Source of the DNA: an uncultured Clostridia bacterium
Lineage (GTDB): Bacteria; Bacillota; Clostridia; TANB77; CAG-508
Assembly (NCBI GenBank): GCA_947631495.1
Contig: CANRLO010000001.1
Coordinates: 33,060 to 97,059, forward strand
Direction: 5' to 3'
Length of the DNA: 64,000 nt
Shown: positions 27,950-38,442 of the stretch, in pieces
Position numbering within the stretch: the first letter of the stretch is position 1
Layout of the letters: every line of letters begins with the position of its first letter
Translations under genes and position numbers: made by a program
Notes under the pieces: model-generated
The model's database searches: none
Seen by the model: the letters and a program-made list of their open reading frames with translations, nothing else
Told to the model about the DNA's origin: nothing

Positions 27950-29485
27950 ATGTTATCAATCGTAAAAAGTATGTCATTAAATGGCCTAGATGGTTATCTT
28001 GTTTCTGTGCAAGTAGATGTTTCCGCAGGTATTCCAGCTTGGGAAATAGTGCGGGCTTCCAGATACAAGCGTTAGAGAATCTAAAGAAAGAGTCAAAACG
28101 GCCATTAAAAATTCTAGCTACGAATTATTAAGCAGAAAAATCGTTGTCAACTTAGCACCAGCAGACACCAAAAAAGAAGGCTCTTTCTTTGATTTACCAA
28201 TTGCAATTGGAATATTAACTTGTCTTGGAGAAATTAGGCAAAGTAAACTAGAAAATATAGCGTTTCTAGGCGAATTGTCTTTAGATGGTCGTTTAAATCA
28301 AATAAATGGAATTCTTCCAATGTGCATAGAAGCTCAAAAATTAGGAATTAAAAAAATAGTTTTACCAATCAAAAATGCCAAAGAAGCGGCAGTAGTAAAA
28401 AATATTGAAATCATAGGAGCAGAAAGTTTATATCAAGTAGTAGAATATTTAAATTCTAGAGAGGAAATCTCACCTTATCAAATCCAAATGGAACAATTAT
28501 ATAAAAACAAAGAAAAAGAACAATTAGACTTTTGCGAAGTAAAAGGTCAAGAAAATATCAAAAGAGCAATTGAAGTAGCAGCTGCAGGAAATCACAATAT
28601 ACTGTTAATTGGAAATCCACGGCTCACGGAAAAACCATGATGGCAAGAAGAATACCTACAATTTTACCAGATTTAAGTTTTGAAGAAGCTTTAGAAACAA
28701 CGAAAATACATAGTGTAGCAGGAATTTTAAGTAGAGAAAATCCTCTTATAGTAGAAAGACCGTTTCGTGCTCCACATCATACAATTTCGTCTACTTCATT
28801 AGTTGGAGGAGGTATTTATCCGAAACCAGGAGAAGTTAGTTTAGCCCATAATGGTGTTTTATTTTTAGACGAATTACCAGAATTTAATAAAAATACATTA
28901 GAAGTAATGCGAGGTCCATTAGAAGATAAAAAAATAACGATAAGCCGAGTTATGAATACACTTACATTTCCTTGTAACTTTATGCTAGTTGCATCCATGA
29001 ATCCATGTCCTTGTGGATTTTATGGCTCTAAGCAAAAAGAATGTACATGCCAACCACAAGCCATTCACAAATATTTAGGAAAAATTAGTGGTCCTCTATT
29101 AGATAGAATAGATATTCAAGTTGAAGTAGCACAAGTAGAATACCAGCGTTTAGAAAAAAGCGGTAAAGAAGAAACTTCAGAGCAAATCAAGCAAAGAATT
29201 AGCAAAGCAAGAAAAATACAATTAAAACGATATGAAAAAGAAGGCATTTATACCAATAGTGAACTTACCCCTAATTTACAAGAAAAATATTGTACCTTAG
29301 GAAAAGAAGAAAGCATGCTCTTAAAGCAGGCATTTGACAGGTTAAATTTAAGTGCAAGAGCTTATGGAAGAATTTTAAAAGTAGCAAGAACTATAGCAGA
29401 TTTAGATGGAAAAGAAAAAATAGAAACATTTCATATTGCAGAAGCAATTCAATATAGAAGTTTAGATAAAAAATATTGGAAATAA
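27950..29485 (+). pseudogene. comM: ComM/YifB Mg-chelatase-like ATPase split by three single-base insertions (or assembly errors)
   Basis: Three reading frames join into a ~510 aa ComM if C28052, C28620 and C28627 are removed. That restores ...WEIVGLPDTSVRESKERV... and Walker A GNPGSGKTMMARR. Confidence 0.85.
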
Positions 29486-29724
29486 ATATATTATAAAAAA
29501 TAAATCAAAACAGAAAAGAGGATAAAACAATAGAAATACAGAAAATAGACAATACAAAACAAATAAAAAGACCAAAAGAAACAAAAAATACAAAACAAAC
29601 AAAGAAATCAAAAGAAATTAAAAATACAGAGCAAACAAAAAAGATAAAGCAAATAAAATACACGGATAAAGAATATCCAGAAAAATTAAAAAAAATTAAA
29701 AATCCACCTCAAAAATTATATGTA

Positions 29725-30645
29725 ATGGGAGATGTAAGTTTATTAAATAAACAAAGTATTGCTATTGTAGGAAGTAGAGATGCAAGTGAATATGGAAAGA
29801 AATATGCGGCACTATTTTCAAGTAGCATAGCAAACTCTAACGTTGCAGTAGTAAGTGGTTTAGCACTAGGAATTGATGCAATAGCACATGAATATTCCAT
29901 GGAAAAACAAGGCAAAACAATTGCAGTAATTGCATCTGGTTTTTCACATATTTATCCAAAAGAAAATATTCCATTGTATCAAGCAATATTAAAAAATGGA
30001 GGTTGTATTGTTAGCGAATATCCATCAGAAACAAAGCCAAACATGCAAGCGTTTCCAATTCGTAATCGTATCATTGCAGGGTTATCTATGGCAGTTGTTG
30101 TAATAGAAGCAAAATATCGTAGTGGTAGCAGTATTACAGCAAAGCATGCAATAGCGCAGAAAAAAGAATTATTCTGTCTTCCACATAGCATAGAAGATAA
30201 ATATGGAGTAGGTTGCAACAATTTAATTCAAAAAGGAGCAAAACTCATTACAAAACCATCAGAATTAAATAAATATTTAGGAACAAATATTAAAGATAGA
30301 AATATTCAAGAAGTTCTTACGGAAGCTGGGGTTACACAAGAAATTGTTATAGAAGATAAAATGTTCACAAAGCAAAGAGCAAAAAAGGAAGAAATAGAAA
30401 CAGAACCTATTTCGTCAAAAGAAAAAATAGAAAAAATAAAAACAAAAACCAATTTACAAAGAACTATCGTAGAAAAAGAATATGCACCAATTTATAAGTT
30501 ACTATCGAAAAAAACTATGACAAATAATGAAATAGCACAAAAATTAGAATGGCCTATTTCTCATGTAAACCAAATGCTTACCATGATGGAAATTAGAGGG
30601 TATATTGAAGAAATTCCAGGAAATGAATTTAAAATAAAGGAGTAA
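29725..30645 (+). CDS. dprA: DNA processing protein DprA (Smf)
   Basis: IAIVGSRDASEYGKKYA ... VVSGLALGIDAIAHE ... C-terminal winged helix. The ORF stays open upstream to 29497 (see findings). Confidence 0.85.
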   Translation: MGDVSLLNKQSIAIVGSRDASEYGKKYAALFSSSIANSNVAVVSGLALGIDAIAHEYSMEKQGKTIAVIASGFSHIYPKENIPLYQAILKNGGCIVSEYPSETKPNMQAFPIRNRIIAGLSMAVVVIEAKYRSGSSITAKHAIAQKKELFCLPHSIEDKYGVGCNNLIQKGAKLITKPSELNKYLGTNIKDRNIQEVLTEAGVTQEIVIEDKMFTKQRAKKEEIETEPISSKEKIEKIKTKTNLQRTIVEKEYAPIYKLLSKKTMTNNEIAQKLEWPISHVNQMLTMMEIRGYIEEIPGNEFKIKE

Positions 30646-30651
30646 AAAAAC

Positions 30652-31008
30652 ATGTATGAAAGACATGTAACAGGAAAAGAAGGAGAGCAAATAGCAGTAG
30701 AATTTTTAAAATACCTTGGTTATGAAATTATAGAGCAAAATTTTCAAGCAAGGCAAGGAGAAATAGATATTATAGCAAAAGACAAAGAAGAATATGTATT
30801 TGTTGAAGTAAAAACAAGAACAAATAAAAACTATGGAGAGCCAATTGATGCAATTGACAGAAGAAAAATGCAACATATAAAAAGAACGATTAGTTATTAT
30901 TTATATTTAAAAAAATTAGAAAATAAATTTGTTAGAATTGATGTAATAGAAATTTATGAGCATTCAAATAACATACAAATCCACCATATAAAACAAGCAA
31001 TTGAATAG
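30652..31008 (+). CDS. yraN: YraN family (UPF0102) endonuclease-like protein
   Basis: GEIDIIAKDKEEYVFVEVKTR signature. Confidence 0.85.
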   Translation: MYERHVTGKEGEQIAVEFLKYLGYEIIEQNFQARQGEIDIIAKDKEEYVFVEVKTRTNKNYGEPIDAIDRRKMQHIKRTISYYLYLKKLENKFVRIDVIEIYEHSNNIQIHHIKQAIE

Positions 31009-31027
31009 CATATATATAATATACTAA

Positions 31028-31067
31028 TATAGAAATATAGAAATATAGAAATATAAGAATATAGAAA
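31028..31067. repeat. 8-bp microsatellite, 5 units
   Basis: TATAGAAA x3, TATAAGAA, TATAGAAA head to tail. Confidence 0.85.
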
Positions 31068-31228
31068 AAATATTGAATAATGCTAAAAATATACGAAAAA
31101 TATGCGAAAATCTAAAATTATTTAATAAAAAATTATTTAATAAAAAATAAGTAATAAAATTTATCATTTATTACTTATTTTATAAATATATCAATATAAT
31201 TATATATAAAATGCTACATTTTTATAAA

Positions 31229-32482
31229 CTACTTCAAACAATATTTTTTTTCGTATAGCTCTTTTGCAACCTCAGGATTATGAATACCATTAAAATCTTT
31301 AATAGGAGCAAATTCGTCTTCTTTTTCTACTCTTAGAAGTTCTATTTCATCAAATAAAGAAAAAGCATCAAAAATAAAAGTTTCAAATTTATACGTATTA
31401 GGACTTTCTGGTATTTCCTTCATTCCTTCTTCGTTAACAAAAGCATTCTTTTTAAAAGCTCTATGATAAGGGAGAGAAACAGTTGCAATTTTATCTAAAG
31501 AAGAAATATGAAATAAATGGGCAAGTAAGTTAATATCTCGGTATAAGTAATGACCATTTTCATCTTTTGCAATTTTCATCTCATCAGTCAAATGGCAACT
31601 ATTCATAATACAAAGTTTTCCATTCTTCTTTGCGAAAATCCAATCTTTATCTTCTACATTTTCCTTGAATAACGTTTTAGAAGCGATTAATTTTTTATGG
31701 GAAATTGTTAATCCTAAAAACAAAGGGTCAACAATTTCTAATATAACATTATCAACACCAGAAAAGAATACCCATTCTATACGTCTTTTTTTCATATCAT
31801 CTAGGATGCCATGCTGTTTCATAGAAGCAAATACATCACCATTACCATTAGAAGCTTCTTTAATTTTATAAAGTTCTTCCAAAATTAAATTACCAGAAAC
31901 ATCAATTAAAGGAAGCTCAGATTGTTTAAAGAAATAAACATATTCTCTAGGATATCCAAAAAAATTTTTTTCTTCAAAAAATTTTTTAGTTAAAGCATCA
32001 TTGTAAATACTAGTCATAATATACCAAGGAATTGTAATATGGTATTTTTCATTGGCTTCTTTTAAATGTTCGCATAAAATTTCAAAAAGAGATTTTTTAG
32101 GTTCTATGTCAAGTTCAAAAGTACCTTTTGGACCTTTATAGCCAAGTCTAGTGCCTTGGCCACCTGCCATAGTTACAACTGCATATTTCTGACTTGCAAT
32201 GCAACCTTCACCAATAGAAGTATAGTATTTCAATTCTTCTTGAGATAACTCTTTCTTAATTGTATATGGCAAAGGTTCAATACTAAGATTAGGAATAATC
32301 TTATCTGTTTTAGAAGCTTCATACAAATCAAAAATTTGCTTAAAGTCAATTTGGCATATTTGGTTAATTAATTGTTCTTTTTCTTCGTTATTTAATTCAT
32401 CATAAAAATTCAGCAAATGCTCTTGATTATATTGTGCAAGGAACTGTTTTGCTGTTTCATAACTTTGCATCATATTTACCAT
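31229..32482 (-). CDS. UDP-N-acetylhexosamine / UDP-sugar pyrophosphorylase (UDPGP family)
   Basis: VTMAGGQGTRLGYKGPKGTF nucleotide-binding loop. Start set at the Met behind AAAGGA; the longer ORF to 32518 would contain a TATAAT box. Confidence 0.78.
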   Translation of the reverse strand: MVNMMQSYETAKQFLAQYNQEHLLNFYDELNNEEKEQLINQICQIDFKQIFDLYEASKTDKIIPNLSIEPLPYTIKKELSQEELKYYTSIGEGCIASQKYAVVTMAGGQGTRLGYKGPKGTFELDIEPKKSLFEILCEHLKEANEKYHITIPWYIMTSIYNDALTKKFFEEKNFFGYPREYVYFFKQSELPLIDVSGNLILEELYKIKEASNGNGDVFASMKQHGILDDMKKRRIEWVFFSGVDNVILEIVDPLFLGLTISHKKLIASKTLFKENVEDKDWIFAKKNGKLCIMNSCHLTDEMKIAKDENGHYLYRDINLLAHLFHISSLDKIATVSLPYHRAFKKNAFVNEEGMKEIPESPNTYKFETFIFDAFSLFDEIELLRVEKEDEFAPIKDFNGIHNPEVAKELYEKKYCLK

Positions 32483-32566
32483 CAAATCCTTTATTATATC
32501 ATATACAACAAAACACAAATTAGTGATTTGTTATTTTAAACATTTTTATATTAGATAATCATATAG

Positions 32567-33361
32567 CTAGTGGTTTGCAGTTATCAAAGATTTCATAATA
32601 ATTTCTTTATTAGGCATGTCCGACTCTTTCAAATACTCAAGCTCTTTTTCAATGGAATAAGGAAGGCGAACAAGAGTAAAAGAAATAGAAGAAAGAACCT
32701 TGCTATCTAACTCTCCTTCTAAAATCATATAAGAAGACATAGTAGAGTATTTTGAAGTAGAATTTTCTTCTCCTTCATTCATCATTTCAACAGGAACGCC
32801 AACACTACCCACATTAAAAATAGTTTTATTCCCAAAGCGATAAATATTAGGAGTATGCAAATGACCATAACCAACAATATCAGGAACAGGATCATTTTCT
32901 GTTTTACCTATAAACTCAGTATTTTTAAACAAATCATAAGGATTTGTAATAATTTTATTAAAATAAATGGTATCTGAGTTTGGAAACATAGGATTAAAAA
33001 TATGTTCTAAACTAATAGGAGAGGCATGAAAAAGACGAATTAAATGTCCACTCATAGTAAATTCATAAGAAACAGGTAAGTTATAAATAAACTTAGCCCT
33101 TTCTTCACCAATTTTATCTCTGCTCCAAAAACGTCCTTCTTCAATATTAGGGCGACAAATAATTTCATCACAATTTCCCAAAAGCATCACTTCACACTTT
33201 TGGCGCAATAAATCAATTACTTTATCAGGATTTGCGCACTTAATAACGCTATCGCCTAAACAATAGATTTTTGAGATACCTCTTTTTTCTATGTCAGCCA
33301 TAACATTTTCAAGAGCTGTAATATTTCCGTGAACATCAGATAGAATTGCAATTCTTTCCAT
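32567..33361 (-). CDS. Metallophosphoesterase (YfcE/Apa-like)
   Basis: DVHGN, CLGD, GNCD and GHLH motifs. Start at MERIAIL behind AAGGAG. Confidence 0.8.
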   Translation of the reverse strand: MERIAILSDVHGNITALENVMADIEKRGISKIYCLGDSVIKCANPDKVIDLLRQKCEVMLLGNCDEIICRPNIEEGRFWSRDKIGEERAKFIYNLPVSYEFTMSGHLIRLFHASPISLEHIFNPMFPNSDTIYFNKIITNPYDLFKNTEFIGKTENDPVPDIVGYGHLHTPNIYRFGNKTIFNVGSVGVPVEMMNEGEENSTSKYSTMSSYMILEGELDSKVLSSISFTLVRLPYSIEKELEYLKESDMPNKEIIMKSLITANH

Positions 33362-33559
33362 AACTTTAACTCCTTTTAAATTTATCGTTATTATAATATA
33401 AAACAAAATAATTTACAATATACTTGTCATAAGAAAAAAAGTCATAAGAAAAAAAGTATGTCATAAAAAAGTATGGTATGAAATAAAGAAAAAATGAATA
33501 AAGTAATTAAAGGAAAAAATTTAAAAAGGAAATCTTAAAAAATTAAGGAGGAAAAACAA

Positions 33560-34147
33560 ATGTTAGAAATGATTACATTACCATACAAATTTAATGCATT
33601 AGAACCATACTATTCAGAAGAAACATTAAAATTACATTACAATATTTTATACAAAGGTTATGTAGATAATACCAATAAAACACAAGAGCAACTAAAAGAA
33701 GCAAGAGAAAAAGGAGATTTTTCAAACATCAAATGCTTAGAAAAAAATTTAAGCTTCTTTGGTTCAGGTGCCATTTTACATGAGCTTTTCTTTGAAAATA
33801 TGGGGCCAAAAAGAAATACTTCACCGAGTTTATTACTAACAGAGCAAATTACAAAAGATTTTGGAAACATAGAAACATTCAAAGCACAATTTGAAGCAGC
33901 ATCGGCAAGTGTAGAAGCTTCTGGTTGGTGTCTATTAGTATGGGTTCCAAAATGGAATAAGCTAGAAATATTGCAATGTGAAAAACACCAAGATTTAACC
34001 TTATGGGGCTGCGTTCCTATTTTAGTGCTAGATATGTGGGAACATTCCTACTATTTACAATATAAAACAGAAAGACCAAAATATATTAGTGCTTTTTGGA
34101 ATATTGTAAACTGGGATGTAGTAAACAAAAGATGGAATTTAATTTAA
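33560..34147 (+). CDS. Fe/Mn superoxide dismutase
   Basis: LPYKFNALEPY..LKLHY and DMWEHSYYLQY metal-ligand motifs. Confidence 0.9.
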   Translation: MLEMITLPYKFNALEPYYSEETLKLHYNILYKGYVDNTNKTQEQLKEAREKGDFSNIKCLEKNLSFFGSGAILHELFFENMGPKRNTSPSLLLTEQITKDFGNIETFKAQFEAASASVEASGWCLLVWVPKWNKLEILQCEKHQDLTLWGCVPILVLDMWEHSYYLQYKTERPKYISAFWNIVNWDVVNKRWNLI

Positions 34148-34178
34148 ATTTTAGGGACGGGATTAAAAATTTACAAAA
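34147..34178 (+). repeat. Partial copy of the GGGAC intergenic repeat (family 1)
   Basis: AATTTTAGGGACGGGATTAAAAATTTACAAAA, compared with the full copies at 36486 and 37975. Confidence 0.6.
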
Positions 34179-34287
34179 TTTAAGGCTAAATTTTAAGCCT
34201 AAATTTTCTTGATTTATGTTAAATGTTATGATATACTCTTATGCAGTAACTATTGTTGAAATAAACAACTTTAAAAGGAGGAACTAT

Positions 34288-34893
34288 ATGAAATACGACA
34301 CAATGAACGAATACACTATGGCAAAGTATTTCGAAAGTTTGTGCAATAGCTTTTATATTGCATATACACAGGGGAAGCGGTTAGAAGAGCAAAGGGAGGA
34401 ATTAGAAAAAAACTATCCAGATAAGGAACTGGAAATTGTAGAAAAGCTAATTGAACTTTCTAAAATTTCTAGTTCTAATGAGCTAAAAGAAAAGTATGCA
34501 GAGCAGAAATTTTCACAAGAGCAACTGGAAAAAAGAAAAGAAAAGCTAAAAATGCAGAAAGAAGCCTGCGAAGATGGAGACAGAGAAATACAATATCAGT
34601 TGAACTTCTGGTTAGGAAAAATATGGAATACAGTTAAAAACATAAAACAGCTGTTATACAGAATGAAAAATGAAAACTTGTCTATTATCATTACAAGTGA
34701 AGAAGAAATCGTAGCACTTATAGCAGTATTTAGAAGTGAATCACAAGCAATGGACAAATTTGCAAACATCATTAACACCAAAGAGGAATCTTTAAAAAGC
34801 TTTCCTACAAGTGAACTCTGCCAGGCATTTTTGAGGGCATATCAACTAAAAAATAAAGAAGAAATGGAACAGGTAATTGAAAAATATTTTTAA
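34288..34893 (+). CDS. Hypothetical helical protein
   Basis: Start at MKYDT behind AGGAGG. No motif recognised. Confidence 0.5.
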   Translation: MKYDTMNEYTMAKYFESLCNSFYIAYTQGKRLEEQREELEKNYPDKELEIVEKLIELSKISSSNELKEKYAEQKFSQEQLEKRKEKLKMQKEACEDGDREIQYQLNFWLGKIWNTVKNIKQLLYRMKNENLSIIITSEEEIVALIAVFRSESQAMDKFANIINTKEESLKSFPTSELCQAFLRAYQLKNKEEMEQVIEKYF

Positions 34894-34920
34894 CCACTAA
34901 CAAAAAAAACCACACCAACC

Positions 34921-36438
34921 TTACTTAAATAAGTAGGTTGGTGTTTTCTTTCCTTTACTTTTCACAAACGTTCCAAACAAAACCAATAAAACAAAATAAA
35001 GAAAAATAAAAATACCACCATAAACTAAAAACTCTGCAAAAGAATTAGTTGTAAAAAAAGAAGAAAAAATAATATTTAAAAAGAAAATACTAAGAAAAGG
35101 CTTAATTAGCCAATCCAAAAAATTTATCTTAAAATGAGTATGCTTAATAAGAAGGCATAAACTTAATAAACCATTAACAATCTCACTCACAAATAAAACC
35201 ATAATATAGCCTTTTATACCTTGCACAGGAAGTAAAAAATAAATCAGGCAAATACTAGAAATTAAATCAATAATATTAATTCCCATTACGCTTACTTGTT
35301 TATCAAGCCCCTTTAAAATATTATCCACAATATTATCAATATACATAAATACAATCAAAGGACACAAAAGCTTAATATAAAAAGCAATATCAATATTAGG
35401 ATAAATATAATCATTTAACTCTTGAGCAAAGCACCAAAAAAAGCCCATAATCAAAAAAGAAAAAATAAAACAATACTTAAATATTTTGTGAAAAGCAAAA
35501 TGCATCTTTTGTTCATCTTTCCTTGCATTAAGATAAGAAAACTCAGGAATAAGAAGCGAGCTAAAAGAAGAAATAAACGTGCAAGGAAAAAGAATAAGAG
35601 GCATAACCATACCATGAATCATTCCATAAGAAGAAAGAGCGCCTTCACAAGAAAGCCCAGACTTTTCTAACTGAGTTGGAATAAGCAGTTGCTTTAAAGT
35701 AGAAAGCCCAGAGCGAATATAAGAGGTAAAAGAAATAGGCAAAGAAATCTTTAATATTTGCTTCGTATAATTAGTATCCTTAAAACTAGGAGCAGTTAAT
35801 TTACGCTTATCTCTTATAAACAAAAACAGTAAAAATAAAAAAGAAAGAAATTCAGAAATTAAGCTACCAAGCACTAAAGAAATACAAGCATATTCTAAAC
35901 CAGAAGGGAAAAAACAGTTTAGAAAAAATGAAATAAATGTAATTTTACAAAATTCCTCTAAAACTTGAGTATATACAGTCTTCTTCACTTTTCTTAGAGC
36001 AGAAAAATAACCATTCATACAAGAAGAAAGAGCAAGAAAAGGAAGTGAAAGAGCTAAAATACGTAAAGGAAAAGGAGAAACCTTATCATGTAAGCAAGCA
36101 GTAGTAAGAAAAGGAGCACAAGAAAATAATAAAAAACATGCAAAACAACCCATAACAAGGCTATAAGTCAAGCACTTTTTCATAGCCCTCTTAATACCAG
36201 CCTCCATGCCAAAAGCCTCTTGCTCAGAAACAATACGAGTAGTAGCCAAATGAATACCAGAATTAGCAAGAACAGTAGCAAAAAGATAAACAGACATCAT
36301 AAGCTGATAAACACCAATAGCCTCACTACCAATTTTATTAGAAATATAAACATTAAAAAACATACCAATACTGCGCATAACAAGCCCAGTAACAGTAAGC
36401 AAAATCCCATTAAATAAAAAAACTTGAATACGTCTCAA
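34921..36438 (-). CDS. MOP-superfamily flippase, SpoVB/MurJ-like
   Basis: 505 aa with ~14 hydrophobic helices. N-terminus LLTVTGLVMRSIGMFFNVYISNKIGSEAIGVYQL is typical of SpoVB-type proteins. Confidence 0.72.
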   Translation of the reverse strand: MRRIQVFLFNGILLTVTGLVMRSIGMFFNVYISNKIGSEAIGVYQLMMSVYLFATVLANSGIHLATTRIVSEQEAFGMEAGIKRAMKKCLTYSLVMGCFACFLLFSCAPFLTTACLHDKVSPFPLRILALSLPFLALSSCMNGYFSALRKVKKTVYTQVLEEFCKITFISFFLNCFFPSGLEYACISLVLGSLISEFLSFLFLLFLFIRDKRKLTAPSFKDTNYTKQILKISLPISFTSYIRSGLSTLKQLLIPTQLEKSGLSCEGALSSYGMIHGMVMPLILFPCTFISSFSSLLIPEFSYLNARKDEQKMHFAFHKIFKYCFIFSFLIMGFFWCFAQELNDYIYPNIDIAFYIKLLCPLIVFMYIDNIVDNILKGLDKQVSVMGINIIDLISSICLIYFLLPVQGIKGYIMVLFVSEIVNGLLSLCLLIKHTHFKINFLDWLIKPFLSIFFLNIIFSSFFTTNSFAEFLVYGGIFIFLYFVLLVLFGTFVKSKGKKTPTYLFK

Positions 36439-36485
36439 AATATCACCTATCCAAATATATGTATAAGAAAACTAAAAAATGTGTA

Positions 36486-36529
36486 AATTTTAGGGACGGG
36501 GGTTAAAATTTCCAAACTGTGGATAACTT
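36486..36529 (+). repeat. 44-bp intergenic repeat, family 1, with a DnaA-box-like 9-mer
   Basis: AATTTTAGGGACGGGGGTTAAAATTTCCAAACTGTGGATAACTT. TGTGGATAA at 36518-36526. Confidence 0.85.
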
Positions 36530-36748
36530 GAAGAAAGATAAGAAAATATAGAAAAGGAATAAAACTCGCTATATTATAAGAGAAATACACAATTTAAAAC
36601 TAAAGCTAAAAATATATAAGGTGAAAGGGTCAAACACACATTTTACTTTACTTCATATGATAAATTAAAGGAATGAAAGGTTGAACAATATCCTAAATAT
36701 GGAATTATTGAACCGATTTTATACCTTGGAAAGGAATGATTAGCAAAT

Positions 36749-37975
36749 ATGAAAAAAGTAAGATGGTTCATATGTCTTATTGTATTTATTTTTCCAATGT
36801 ACATATTAGTAGGACCAGTGTATGCATTTGGTCCATCAAGTCCTACAATTTACCAAGGAATAGATGTTAGTGGCTGGCAAGAAAATATAAATTATACTCA
36901 AGTAGCAGAAAGTGGAATTCAAATTGTATATATGAAAGCAAGTGAAGGGAGCAATTTTGTCGACCCATACTTTGAACAAAACTATACCAATGCCAAAGCA
37001 AATGGATTAAAAGTAGGATTTTACCATTACTTAACAGCAAGAAGTCAGCAAGAAGCGGTAGTAGAGGCAAACTTCTTTGTATCTACAATTGCAGGAAAAA
37101 TGCCAGACTGCAGACTAGCAATGGACTTTGAAAGTTTTGGAAGCTTAAGCATAGAAGAAATCAATCAAATTGGACTTACATTTGTAAGAACAGTAGAAAA
37201 CTTAAGTGGAAAAGAAGTAGTTATATATAGTGACACAAGCAATGCTTCTAGTGTATTTGGAGGGGAGTTAACAAGTTACCCTTTATGGGTAGCGCAATAT
37301 GAAGTAGAAGAACCTACACCAAACGGAAACTGGGATTCATGGGTAGGCTGGCAATATACAGATCTAGGAGAAATTGAAGGAATTAACGGTTATGTAGATA
37401 GAGATGAATTTACAGAAGAAATCTTTTTAAACACGTCATCTGAAATACCACTTCCAGAAAACACAAATAAACCAACGGCAGGAAAAACAATGGAAATTAT
37501 CATACAAAGAGGGGATACTCTAACAGAACTTGCCATCAAATATAATACAACAGTAGCAAGGCTAGTAGAGATGAATAACATAGCAAATCCAAACTTAATA
37601 TATGCAGGAGCAACACTTATTGTACCAAGTGGAGAAACAGCTATGGATAGTGATGGAAACTCAACCTCTGGTCAAACAATTTACATTGTGCAAAGAGGTG
37701 ACACTTTAGACCAAATAGCGGCAGAATTTGGAACAACAGCAATTGCCATTGCAAAAGAAAACAATATCAGAAATATCAATCTTATATATGTAGGGCAAAG
37801 ACTAATCATTCCAACAAATCGCTACGACTTAAATCATATCATTTATAAGATACAATATGGAGACACCCTATACTCTATTTCAAGAAGATATGGCGTTAGC
37901 ATTGCAACAATTGTAAGACTAAATAGAATTAAAAATCCAAACTTAATTTATGCAGGGCAAACATTAAGAATATGA
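36749..37975 (+). CDS. GH25 muramidase with three LysM domains
   Basis: Signal peptide, YQGIDVSGWQ GH25 core, three LysM repeats (e.g. IIQRGDTLTELAIKYNTTVARLVEMNNIANPNLIYAGATLIVP). Confidence 0.9.
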   Translation: MKKVRWFICLIVFIFPMYILVGPVYAFGPSSPTIYQGIDVSGWQENINYTQVAESGIQIVYMKASEGSNFVDPYFEQNYTNAKANGLKVGFYHYLTARSQQEAVVEANFFVSTIAGKMPDCRLAMDFESFGSLSIEEINQIGLTFVRTVENLSGKEVVIYSDTSNASSVFGGELTSYPLWVAQYEVEEPTPNGNWDSWVGWQYTDLGEIEGINGYVDRDEFTEEIFLNTSSEIPLPENTNKPTAGKTMEIIIQRGDTLTELAIKYNTTVARLVEMNNIANPNLIYAGATLIVPSGETAMDSDGNSTSGQTIYIVQRGDTLDQIAAEFGTTAIAIAKENNIRNINLIYVGQRLIIPTNRYDLNHIIYKIQYGDTLYSISRRYGVSIATIVRLNRIKNPNLIYAGQTLRI

Positions 37976-38018
37976 ATTTTAGGGACGGGGGTTAAAATTT
38001 CCAAATTGTGGATAACTT
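37975..38018 (+). repeat. 44-bp intergenic repeat, family 1, second full copy
   Basis: 43/44 identical to 36486-36529. TGTGGATAA at 38007-38015. Confidence 0.85.
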
Positions 38019-38133
38019 TATAAATTTTAAAAATATAAGTAACTATTAAAAATTCATAAAATAAGAATCAATTTATAAAATAAAAAAGCACCTAAACATT
38101 GTTTAAGTGCTTTTTAGTTAGTGATTTTTAAAA

Positions 38134-38442
38134 CTACTTTTTTAATCTTTTTTTACGTTTTTTTTCAATTAATGTATTAATAGCTTCATAAATTTTTGAT
38201 GCTTGCGCCTTCACGTAGTTTTCTTTGCATGAACTTTGAAGTATGTTGAAAGTTAAATAGTATAACCGAAATGCAATATCATTTGTTATATCTTCTACAT
38301 CTTCTAAATTTTCCAAATTGCAAATAGTTACGCGATTAAGAAGTAAAGACTTTGCAAATTCGCTTTGCGTTTCATTCAACAATGTTCTTAAAATTTTAAT
38401 TTCTTTTCCAATAGGAATAGATGAAATATTATTATTCGGCAT
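38134..38442 (-). CDS. XRE-family HTH transcriptional regulator
   Basis: IKILRTLLNETQSEFAKSLLLNRVTICNLEN helix-turn-helix. Confidence 0.7.
   Translation of the reverse strand: MPNNNISSIPIGKEIKILRTLLNETQSEFAKSLLLNRVTICNLENLEDVEDITNDIAFRLYYLTFNILQSSCKENYVKAQASKIYEAINTLIEKKRKKRLKK

Noticed and set aside
35422-36417. Two K/R/N-rich + strand ORFs (35422-35670 and 36220-36417) opposite the SpoVB-like gene.
   Set aside because: They are the mirror image of a membrane protein's F/L/I codons, a composition artefact.
36486-38018. Replication origin, suggested by the perfect DnaA boxes.
   Set aside because: Only one box occurs per repeat copy. There is no box cluster, AT-rich unwinding element with dnaA/dnaN, or rRNA context. 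The boxes are part of a dispersed repeat.
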